Shown here in pieces: positions 10,341 to 18,288 of a DNA stretch of 64,000 nt. The stretch spans positions 4,768,001 to 4,832,000 of the forward strand of contig OZ242311.1 in assembly GCA_965207885.1 (NCBI GenBank), in the 5' to 3' direction. The stretch is from Candidatus Latescibacterota bacterium (GTDB lineage: Bacteria; Latescibacterota; UBA2968). Made by a program: the position numbers and the translations under genes. The notes below the pieces were generated by a model, which saw only the letters and a list, made by a program, of their open reading frames with translations, ran no database searches and was not told where the DNA came from. Each line of letters starts with the position of its first letter. Within the stretch, counting starts at the first letter, position 1.

Positions 10341-11456
10341 ATGAAAATAGTCACTATGGTTGTGGCGGTCCTGCTCAACGCGGTGACCCCTACACTCGCG
10401 TATGCAGCCACATACTTGCAAGGGGCAGAGGTCAATGCCGATACACTGACGCAAGATGCTTATGTTGCAGTTACTTATTACGATAGCAATGGAGAACAGA
10501 AATTGGAGAAGGGGTGGATTGATGCGATTGACGAAACCACATTTACCATTCGAAGTGGAGGTCTCAAGAGCGAGAAAACCATAGCCTACACCAACGTCGT
10601 GTCCGTGATCATGAGCGAGGAATCAATCGTGTCAGCGAAACAGATGAATGAGGTGAATGGGTTTATTCGGACGAGGAAAATAGACGAAAAAAAGACAGAA
10701 CAGGCTGCACAGCAGCTTCGCCAAAAGACTGTCATAGTCCTGTCTCGTGGGCAGATTGAGCCTTCAAAAATTATGCAGGGATGGTATGCCCATGCTATCT
10801 ACACATCAAAAGGTGCAGAAGTGACGACAACCGGAAGAATTACGAGGCAAGACTCTGTTCATATCGTGATTAGCGTGCTGGAAGAAGATAGGGCATTGAA
10901 TAGATTTCAGGAGGAGAGGGCATTGAAAATATCGCAAACAATAGCATACCGAGACATGGATACCCTCGTTATCTCTCAAAGCGCGCAAAGTATCGAAGCA
11001 TGGCGGAAGCTAAATAAATACGATGCGTATAATACCAGAGTGCGTATCTATGTCCCTTCGCGCTCAAAATGGTGGTGGATGGTTGGCGAGGTCGTCAAAA
11101 TGACGCCAGACACCCTCGTGATCCAGCGAGGAAGGAGATTGTTATCCGTGCCCCGTTCTGCGATCTCCAAGTTTGAAGTGAGTCTTAGACATTACAGACA
11201 CACAGGCAAAGGACTGATGGTCGGTCTGGCCCTCAATGCTCTCTCATGGGGATCTTTGGCCACAGACGACGAGGCTACTCTTGCCGAGGGTTACGCGGTG
11301 ATAATTATGACTCCAGTTTTACTTATTATTCCCACGTTTATTGGTGCTTTAATAAAATCCGACAAATGGGTCGAGGTACCGCCTCAACGCCTCAACCTGA
11401 GCGTTGCACCCACATCCACAAAAGGGCTTCGCGCTGCGCTTACGTTTAATTTTTAA
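10341..11456 (+). CDS. Exported hypothetical protein (array family A)
   Basis: RBS aaggag; N- and C-termini near-identical to the 6408 and 15529 proteins. Confidence 0.8.
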   Translation: MKIVTMVVAVLLNAVTPTLAYAATYLQGAEVNADTLTQDAYVAVTYYDSNGEQKLEKGWIDAIDETTFTIRSGGLKSEKTIAYTNVVSVIMSEESIVSAKQMNEVNGFIRTRKIDEKKTEQAAQQLRQKTVIVLSRGQIEPSKIMQGWYAHAIYTSKGAEVTTTGRITRQDSVHIVISVLEEDRALNRFQEERALKISQTIAYRDMDTLVISQSAQSIEAWRKLNKYDAYNTRVRIYVPSRSKWWWMVGEVVKMTPDTLVIQRGRRLLSVPRSAISKFEVSLRHYRHTGKGLMVGLALNALSWGSLATDDEATLAEGYAVIIMTPVLLIIPTFIGALIKSDKWVEVPPQRLNLSVAPTSTKGLRAALTFNF

Positions 11457-11486
11457 TTGAGGTTGGCGAAGACTAAATCCGCAAAC

Positions 11487-11512
11487 AAAAAAGGCGACCT
11501 ATCAGGGTCGCC
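11487..11512 (-). terminator. Rho-independent terminator downstream of the DUF2442 copy
   Basis: ggcgacc/ggtcgcc stem; A6 run on plus gives a U-tract on minus. Confidence 0.65.
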
Positions 11513-11540
11513 TGAGAATAATGCCTTCGTATCTCGCACT

Positions 11541-11754
11541 TTACACACGCTGTTTGGCGGGGCGTGCAGGTACGCCCATCAACATACCTTCTGCACTGAT
11601 GTCTTCATCAATATCCGGCCAGTGAACGCCCTGACCGTCGCCGATAAATTCATAATTTTCACGCTGGGCAGGCGTTGCGTCTGCAAGTCGCCTGGACCAG
11701 ACGAGCGGTACGCTGATTGTTCGACCATCCACCAAATCCGCGATGATCAATTCC
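11541..11754 (-). pseudogene. 5'-truncated DUF2442 antitoxin-like gene
   Basis: Nearly identical to 16678..16944 from ELIIADLVDG onward; native N-terminus and DUF4160 partner absent. Confidence 0.8.
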
Positions 11755-11797
11755 TCCTCGTTATTTCTACCTGAGGGTGAACACACAGGAGACCTCC

Positions 11798-13552
11798 GTG
11801 AAAAGTTTTCTCAAAAGCACCGTTCTATTCGCGCTATTTGGCCTGATGGCCTGTGGAGGAAACAGCAAAGATACACTGGGGCCAGGGGATGCGGACGAGA
11901 TAACAGCGGGCACAATGGGTATTTGCAACAGAACCCCACAGGTGCGCGATGCCATCCTGACTATGCTATCCGACATCGATAACTGTGCCCTGGTCACAGA
12001 GGCACAGTTATCCTCAATCACGCGTCTGGATCTGAATGACCAGGGTATCACCGATTTGCGGAGAGCCGACTTCTATGGCCTGGACAACTTGCCAGGGCTA
12101 TCTCTTTCCTTTAATTCTTTAAGCACTTTAAAAGAGGGTGTGTTCGCCGGTTTATCCAGTTTGAAAAGTTTAGATCTTAGCTTCAATAGTCTGCACACTC
12201 TACCAGCCGGTGTGTTTTCTGACCTGGATAGCTTGCGATGGTTAGGTCTTGACTACAACTCTTTAAGCACCTTGCCAGCCAGTGTGTTTTCTGGCTTGGA
12301 TAGCTTGCGATTTCTCAGACTTGACAGCAATGATCTAAACACGCTACCAGAAGGCGTGTTCTCGGACCTGTCCAAACTGGGGGAACTGGAGTTGCAAAAC
12401 AACGCTCTAAATACCCTGCCAGCCAGTGTGTTTTCTGGCCTGGATAGCTTACGAGTTCTCAATCTGGAAAATAATCCTCTGAACACATTACCAGAGGGCG
12501 TGTTTTCACATCTGGACAACTTGCAAAAGATAGACCTTAGTTTCAAGGACCTGCACACACTACCCCAAAATGTATTCTCAGGCCTGCCGACCAATTTGCA
12601 AACATTAAGGCTGCACACGATCGGTCTCCGCACGCTGCCAGAGGGTGTATTCTCCGGCCTGGATAACTTGCAGCACTTATATCTTTATTCTAACGGTTTA
12701 AACACACTGCCAGAAGGCGTGTTCATCGGTTTGTACAGCTTGAGAAGCCTATCTTTTTCCAGCACTTTTTTGCAAACCCTGCCAGAGGGCGTGTTCTCAC
12801 ATCTGGACAACTTGAAATACCTATCTCTTCATTCTCACGATCTGTTGAGTACACTGCCAGAGGGCATATTCTCAGACCTGGACAACTTGCAAAGGATAGA
12901 CCTTTTTTTCAACGATCAGCTAAGTACACTACCAGAGGGCTTGTTTTCAGGTTTATCCAACTTGCAGGATCTAAATATTACTTCTAATGATCTGCTCAGC
13001 ACACTACCAGAGGGCTTGTTTGCCGACTTATCCAATTTGCAATGGCTAAATCTTTCTGGTAATGATCTGCTGAGTACACTGCCAGAGGGTATATTTGGGG
13101 ACCTGTCCAGCTTGCGAGCGCTACACCTTGACGACAATAATCTAAGCATGCTACCCGAGGGGATATTCTCTGGCTTGTCCAGGCTGAAGTTACTATGGCT
13201 TCATAGGAACCCTGGAACGCCCTTTACCTTGACGATAGAATTGGAACGCACAGACAATATGGACAATAATGCACAGGGACCCGCTACCATTGTAGTCAAA
13301 GTTGCCGAGGGGGCACCGTTCGATATGACCGTCAGTCTGTCGGCACAGGGCGGCACCTTGTCGGCCAATACAGCTACGATTGTAGCGGGTGAGATTAAAA
13401 GCGAAACTGTTATGGTACCCTCAGATGAGGGTAATTCGGTCACAGTCCATCTGGGTCCTGCGCCTGCACTACCACAGTTTTTGAACCACGCTGGTATCCA
13501 GACCGCCGTGGGAGATTCGCTCATTCTATTTGGACAAGCGGCATCGAGATAG
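11798..13552 (+). CDS. Leucine-rich-repeat lipoprotein (about 16 repeats of 24-25 aa) with C-terminal beta-rich domain
   Basis: RBS caggag before GTG 11798; lipobox LMAC; repeats LxxLxLxxNxLxTLPEGVFSxL. Confidence 0.88.
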   Translation: MKSFLKSTVLFALFGLMACGGNSKDTLGPGDADEITAGTMGICNRTPQVRDAILTMLSDIDNCALVTEAQLSSITRLDLNDQGITDLRRADFYGLDNLPGLSLSFNSLSTLKEGVFAGLSSLKSLDLSFNSLHTLPAGVFSDLDSLRWLGLDYNSLSTLPASVFSGLDSLRFLRLDSNDLNTLPEGVFSDLSKLGELELQNNALNTLPASVFSGLDSLRVLNLENNPLNTLPEGVFSHLDNLQKIDLSFKDLHTLPQNVFSGLPTNLQTLRLHTIGLRTLPEGVFSGLDNLQHLYLYSNGLNTLPEGVFIGLYSLRSLSFSSTFLQTLPEGVFSHLDNLKYLSLHSHDLLSTLPEGIFSDLDNLQRIDLFFNDQLSTLPEGLFSGLSNLQDLNITSNDLLSTLPEGLFADLSNLQWLNLSGNDLLSTLPEGIFGDLSSLRALHLDDNNLSMLPEGIFSGLSRLKLLWLHRNPGTPFTLTIELERTDNMDNNAQGPATIVVKVAEGAPFDMTVSLSAQGGTLSANTATIVAGEIKSETVMVPSDEGNSVTVHLGPAPALPQFLNHAGIQTAVGDSLILFGQAASR

Positions 13553-13586
13553 CGGTGGTGTTTACGTATTTCAACAGGAGGAATTT

Positions 13587-14387
13587 ATGGCGCGAATAGC
13601 GGCAATCGTTCTGGTCTTGAGCCTGTGTATGCCAGAAACCTTATTGGCCTGGGTGACCTTTGAAGCCGGTGAAATTGATAGCAGCACGGTTAAACCCGGT
13701 GCCTATGTCGAGATTATCTATGGGAGGGGGGAGCGAGATCCGGTGTCAGAGGAGTGGGAGAGACTGGATACGGCAAGGGGATATATTCAAGCTATTGATA
13801 CAGAGACTCTGACTATTGGCGAACGGTTTTGGAAGAAAGTAATTGCATTAGAGCGTATTCAAAAGCTGATCATTGCAACGTCTGCTCAGGATGAAAAAAG
13901 AAAGTTATCCTTCGAACTCGGGGCAGACCTTCTATCCGTCGAATTCCAGACTGGTCAGTACGCTTCCACGACACTTATCAATCTGGGAGGCGGTCTGGTA
14001 AGAACATCTCCGTCCATCTATATGTCCAGTTTCTTTTTTAACAAATTGGCTTTTGACCTGGGACTGGGGCTTACCTCCTGGTCCTATGACGGGGGAAACA
14101 ATACCTCCTGGATGACGCGCAGTGGATTCACTTACTTTCCTCAAGGATCAGCTTCGAACTCTGTTTACGTCAGGTCTGTCTTGGCGACATTGAGTACGGA
14201 TAATTCCAGCACTCAATTTGGTGCGGGAGGAGGTCTTGGATATCGCCATGTTTACCAGAACAGGATGGCTGTGAGGTTGGAGACATCGTATATGCGATGG
14301 TTCAGGGCAAAAGAGAACCATATCGCGGTTCGTTTGAGCTTTGGTGTTGTTCTCGGAAGAAAGGGTGCTTTCCCGGAGCCTGAATGA
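13587..14387 (+). CDS. Exported protein (array family B): one Sm-like module plus outer-membrane beta-barrel-like region
   Basis: RBS aggagg; first ~95 aa near-identical to the 8257 protein; amphipathic beta-strands follow. Confidence 0.78.
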   Translation: MARIAAIVLVLSLCMPETLLAWVTFEAGEIDSSTVKPGAYVEIIYGRGERDPVSEEWERLDTARGYIQAIDTETLTIGERFWKKVIALERIQKLIIATSAQDEKRKLSFELGADLLSVEFQTGQYASTTLINLGGGLVRTSPSIYMSSFFFNKLAFDLGLGLTSWSYDGGNNTSWMTRSGFTYFPQGSASNSVYVRSVLATLSTDNSSTQFGAGGGLGYRHVYQNRMAVRLETSYMRWFRAKENHIAVRLSFGVVLGRKGAFPEPE

Positions 14388-14462
14388 GACAACGAGGGGA
14401 CATATCGTCTTATCGATAGCGTTTCATTCTCGATTTTTTAAAAGGCCAATCGCGAAAGGTGA

Positions 14463-15437
14463 ATGATTATGAGACGATATACGCTAATTGGGTTATGCAC
14501 GCTGATTGGGTTGATGTCAGATGAGGGATTTGCCCAGGAGTATGTCAGGAGAACGGGGTTCATTTTTCTGCAGTTTCCCACCAGTGCTCGCACGATGGCT
14601 TTGGGTGAGGCGGGCGTAGGGTTGATCGGAAGCGGGCAGGCTATTCTGTACAATCCAGCAGGACTGGCTTTTATGGAAGGTCGAGAAGCGTATTTTACGT
14701 ATGTAGATTGGATTTTTAGTACCAAGCACTATGTGGCTGGCGTTTCAGCAAATGTGCCGCGTATAGGGACATTTGGGTTGTCTGTTGTGAATCACGATAT
14801 CGGTCCTGTCAGATTTGAGAATACCACGCAAGAAACCAGCAAGTATGCCATTTCAGTGGCTTATGGGGGCATGATTACCGACCGGATTGCGGTGGGGACC
14901 ACCCTCAAGCTGATCCATGAGAGTTATTCCTGGGAGGATCACAAGCAAAATGTCTTTGCCGTTGATTTGGGCACGTATTTTGCCACGGGATTTCGGAATA
15001 CGGTGATCGCGATGGGTGTGGAGAACTTGAGCACGAGCGCGTTAGGCGAGCCAGAGCAAGGGGGGCTCCCAAAAAATATGCGGCTGGGAGTGCTCATTGA
15101 TGTGGTTGCTCTGACGGATGTTGGTCCCTTGCCTCATAATCTGGACCTGGTCGTGGATGTGAATAATCCAAATGATTCTGAGGATGGTTTCTACACAGAT
15201 ATAGGTATCGAATATACATATATGTACCAGACCGCTATAGGCGACCTATTGGGATTTTCACTACGAGCAGGACATCAAAAAAGGCCCCGAAGCCTAATAG
15301 ATCCCAACACTCTGGGTATTGGCGTGCTGTTTAAGACCCATGGTATAGGCTTAAAGGTGGATTACACAAGCAAGTCCTTTGGCGCCCTTTTCGATGATGA
15401 ACGGGTGCATATTCTCAGCGTTGCTTTTGATTTTTAG
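14463..15437 (+). CDS. PorV/PorQ-family outer-membrane beta-barrel protein
   Basis: 'FLQFPTSARTMALGEAG...LYNPAGLA' signature; signal peptide; terminal Phe. Confidence 0.8.
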   Translation: MIMRRYTLIGLCTLIGLMSDEGFAQEYVRRTGFIFLQFPTSARTMALGEAGVGLIGSGQAILYNPAGLAFMEGREAYFTYVDWIFSTKHYVAGVSANVPRIGTFGLSVVNHDIGPVRFENTTQETSKYAISVAYGGMITDRIAVGTTLKLIHESYSWEDHKQNVFAVDLGTYFATGFRNTVIAMGVENLSTSALGEPEQGGLPKNMRLGVLIDVVALTDVGPLPHNLDLVVDVNNPNDSEDGFYTDIGIEYTYMYQTAIGDLLGFSLRAGHQKRPRSLIDPNTLGIGVLFKTHGIGLKVDYTSKSFGALFDDERVHILSVAFDF

Positions 15438-15528
15438 AGTGCGGTTCGCTGATTCGGTCAGGAGATGGATAGCCACAGTCGTTTTGATTCTGGGCAGGTG
15501 TATGCCAAAAATTCTGAAGGATAAATTT

Positions 15529-16602
15529 ATGAAAAAATTAACCGTAGTCTTTGTTATTACAAATCTCCTGCTCAACGCGATGGCTCCCACGCTCGCGCAC
15601 GCAGCCACATATCTGCAAGGCACACAGGTCAATGCCAATACGTTGGTCCAAGATGCCTACGTTGCAGTCACATATTACGATAGCAAAGGCAAACAGAAAT
15701 TGGATAAGGGGTGGATTGATGCGGTTGATGAAACTTCGTTTACAATTCGCAGTGGACACTGGACCAAGAAAAACATTGCATACGCCAAAGTGCTGTCCGT
15801 GATTATGAGCGAAGAATCAACCACGCTAAAGCAGATGAATGAGGTGAATCGGTTTATTGGAGAGAGAAAAAAAGAGGAAGAGTTGAAGGCCATCACGATC
15901 ATGTCACGCGGGCAGATTGATCCTGCAAAGATTACGAAGAGATGGTATGCCCATGTCATCTACATTAGAAAAAAGATAAAAAAAACAGCAACTGGAAAGA
16001 TTATCCATAAGGACTCAGACCGTATTGTAATCCAAAATAGGGAGGAGTTCTGGAAAAGCTGGAAAATAGCATACAGCGAGATTGATAGACTCGCTATTGC
16101 GAAACATCAACGAGATATTGAAGGATGGATGGTTATGCAATTGCTCCATGAGGGAAATGCCAAAGTGCGTGCCCGCGTTCCTTCAATTCAAAAGCAATGG
16201 ATGATTGGCAAGGTTGAAAAAATGACGCAAGACACACTCGTTGTCCGTGGAGAACTTGCACTTTATGGACGTAAGGTGCCTCTTTCTTCAATTTCCGATT
16301 TTGAAGTGAACATTGGACAGCATAGAAACACGGGGAAAGGCTCTATATTCGGTTTGGCTCTCGGTCTTGCTATCCTTGCTCCAGTTGCGATAGCAGACGC
16401 GAGAGATGAGGACGAATGGCAAAGATTTGCCACAATCGTGACCGCGACGTTTATATCTCTACCTATTTGGGTTCTCTCCACTATCATTGGTGCTACAATA
16501 AAATCCGACAAATGGATCGAGGTGTCGCCCCAGAGTCTCAACCTGAGCCTCACACCTACATCCACAAAAGGGCTTCGCGCCGCACTCACGTTTAATTTTT
16601 AA
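15529..16602 (+). CDS. Exported hypothetical protein (array family A)
   Basis: ATG 15529 after gaagga; LAHA signal; paralogous termini. Confidence 0.8.
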   Translation: MKKLTVVFVITNLLLNAMAPTLAHAATYLQGTQVNANTLVQDAYVAVTYYDSKGKQKLDKGWIDAVDETSFTIRSGHWTKKNIAYAKVLSVIMSEESTTLKQMNEVNRFIGERKKEEELKAITIMSRGQIDPAKITKRWYAHVIYIRKKIKKTATGKIIHKDSDRIVIQNREEFWKSWKIAYSEIDRLAIAKHQRDIEGWMVMQLLHEGNAKVRARVPSIQKQWMIGKVEKMTQDTLVVRGELALYGRKVPLSSISDFEVNIGQHRNTGKGSIFGLALGLAILAPVAIADARDEDEWQRFATIVTATFISLPIWVLSTIIGATIKSDKWIEVSPQSLNLSLTPTSTKGLRAALTFNF

Positions 16603-16891
16603 TTGAGGTTGGCGAAAAATAAATAAAAAAAGCGACTCTGATAGTCGCCTAAGAATAATGCCTTCGTATCTCGCACTTTACACACGCTGTTTGGCGGGTC
16701 GTGCGGGTGCGCCCATCAACATGCCTTCTGCACTGATGTCTTCGTCAATATCCGGCCAGTGAACACCCTGACCATCGCCGATAAATTCATAGTTTTCACG
16801 CTGAGCAGGCGTTGCGTCTGCAAGTCGCCAGGACCAGACGAGCGGTACACTGATTGTCCGACCATCCACCAAATCAGCGATGATCAATTCC
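16486..16891. repeat. Direct repeat copy 2
   Basis: Matches 11340..11754. Confidence 0.9.
16625..16648 (-). terminator. Rho-independent terminator of the DUF4160-DUF2442 operon
   Basis: gcgact/agtcgc stem; A7 run on plus. Confidence 0.6.
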
Positions 16892-16944
16892 CCAGTGATC
16901 CTGATGGCTTTGATGCGAGGTTCCGTATTATTCGCAGTGTTCAC
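16678..16944 (-). CDS. DUF2442 protein, predicted type II antitoxin
   Basis: 'DGRTISVPLVW..RL..AT..QRENYE..G.G.GVHWPDIDEDIS' family signature. Confidence 0.85.
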   Translation of the reverse strand: MNTANNTEPRIKAIRITGELIIADLVDGRTISVPLVWSWRLADATPAQRENYEFIGDGQGVHWPDIDEDISAEGMLMGAPARPAKQRV

Positions 16945-17164
16945 GCCATGCCTCCAAAATTATCACGTAGTTCGATTGGATTAACCGCCGAATCTCACTC
17001 AATTCATGAGGAGAGAACCCGTAATTTTTGCATAATGCAATGGGTTCGAGCCAATATTTGCATGTTCTTCTGTCTCGTCTCACATGCACATGCCGAGGTT
17101 CATGACAGTCAAAACTATAAAAGAAAAATCGATATGGCCCCTGTATGTTGCTGACCCTTGGCAT
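16928..17164 (-). CDS. DUF4160 protein, predicted type II toxin
   Basis: 'YRFFFYS.D..EPRHVHV...KYWL.P' signature; overlaps DUF2442 start; RBS ggagg. Confidence 0.85.
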   Translation of the reverse strand: MPRVSNIQGPYRFFFYSFDCHEPRHVHVRRDRRTCKYWLEPIALCKNYGFSPHELSEIRRLIQSNYVIILEAWREHCE

Positions 17165-17233
17165 TATGCCCTCCAGCTTGAATTAGATTACTCAATATTC
17201 AAGGTTATATCAACAAAAAAATAGGAGAATCTC

Positions 17234-18049
17234 ATGTACACAGAGCACAATGTTCGTCAAACCATCGCCATCCTGGTCACTACAGCCCTCCTGCTCATCG
17301 CGATGGCTCCCACACTTGCCCACGCAGCCACATATCTACAAGGCACTGAGGTCAATACCAACACGTTGGTCCAAGATGCCTACGTTGCAGTCACCTATTA
17401 CGACAGCAAAGACAAACAGAAATTGGCGAAGGGATGGATTGATGCGATTGGCGATAGCACGTTTACCATTCGCAGCGGAGGCATTAGAAACAGAACGGTC
17501 ATCGCCTACGACAGCGTTATCGCCGTGATTATGAGCGATGAATCAACCGTCCCTGTAAAGCAGATGAATGACGTGAATCGGTTTATTAGAGAAAACAATA
17601 AAGAAGAAATTTTGAAACAGCCCGATAAAAAAAATGGCAATAAATGGTCGGCTGGCTTTTTTGGCGGTGTTCTTTTAGGAGCAACGGGAGGGCTTATTGG
17701 ATTCACAGTTGCAGAAGACTGCCCAGAAGATGGAGATTTTTGTGGTCCGGGTTTTGCTGCTGTTTCCTTGGGCTATATAGGTTACGTAATCGGCGTGCCT
17801 ATAGGTGTGAGCATAGTGTCATCTGATCCCATACCGCCAATGTTAGGTAGTGGAATGGGAGTCGTAGCAGGCTGGTCAATGACTACTACGCTCTCCGATA
17901 AGCTCTGGCCCTCGGTGCTGATCTGTCCATTAATTGGAGCGGTGATGATGTCCGAGTTGTCAGATGCCTTTAAAGTTCGCCGTTTTTCTGTGGGACTGGC
18001 ACCTAATTCGGATGGAAGATTATCAGCGATTGCTACGTTTCGGTTTTAG
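17234..18049 (+). CDS. Exported chimeric protein: family A N-terminus fused to family C C-terminus
   Basis: Family A-like up to QMNDVNRFIRE; then 'KLWPS.LI.P..GA..MS...RRFSVG.AP..DG.LSAIATFRF' as in 5458. Confidence 0.8.
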   Translation: MYTEHNVRQTIAILVTTALLLIAMAPTLAHAATYLQGTEVNTNTLVQDAYVAVTYYDSKDKQKLAKGWIDAIGDSTFTIRSGGIRNRTVIAYDSVIAVIMSDESTVPVKQMNDVNRFIRENNKEEILKQPDKKNGNKWSAGFFGGVLLGATGGLIGFTVAEDCPEDGDFCGPGFAAVSLGYIGYVIGVPIGVSIVSSDPIPPMLGSGMGVVAGWSMTTTLSDKLWPSVLICPLIGAVMMSELSDAFKVRRFSVGLAPNSDGRLSAIATFRF

Positions 18050-18288
18050 ATAGCTGTCGTTCAGATGTAAATCAGCGGGTCTATGCCGTCAATGCCATCT
18101 CTGTCTATGACGGATTGCTGAACATCCGCAAGATTATTTCCCGTATTGCCGGATTCATTAAAATAAATTAGATACATTGGAGTCTCACGTTTCACATACG
18201 CTGTTTTGCTTGTTCGATTACTTGTTCGGTAGCTTGTTCGGTTTCCTTCCTGAGCGACTGCAAGAACCTGAATCGTTACTAATTTTTT

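Larger units (their letters stand above)
11340..11754. repeat. Direct repeat copy 1 (family A 3' end, terminator, DUF2442 3' part)
   Basis: Aligns by eye with 16486..16891; similarity ends abruptly after gatgatcaattcc. Confidence 0.9.

Noticed and set aside
11340-16891. Repeat pair as DGR template/variable region or prophage att sites
   Set aside because: Differences are not confined to adenines and no RT, integrase or phage genes lie nearby; simple duplication explains it.
5352-18100. Integron cassette array (co-oriented genes with a reversed TA pair)
   Set aside because: Spacers are short and dissimilar, with no recurring RYYYAAC...GTTRRRY attC hairpins and no integrase; shared sequence is inside genes.
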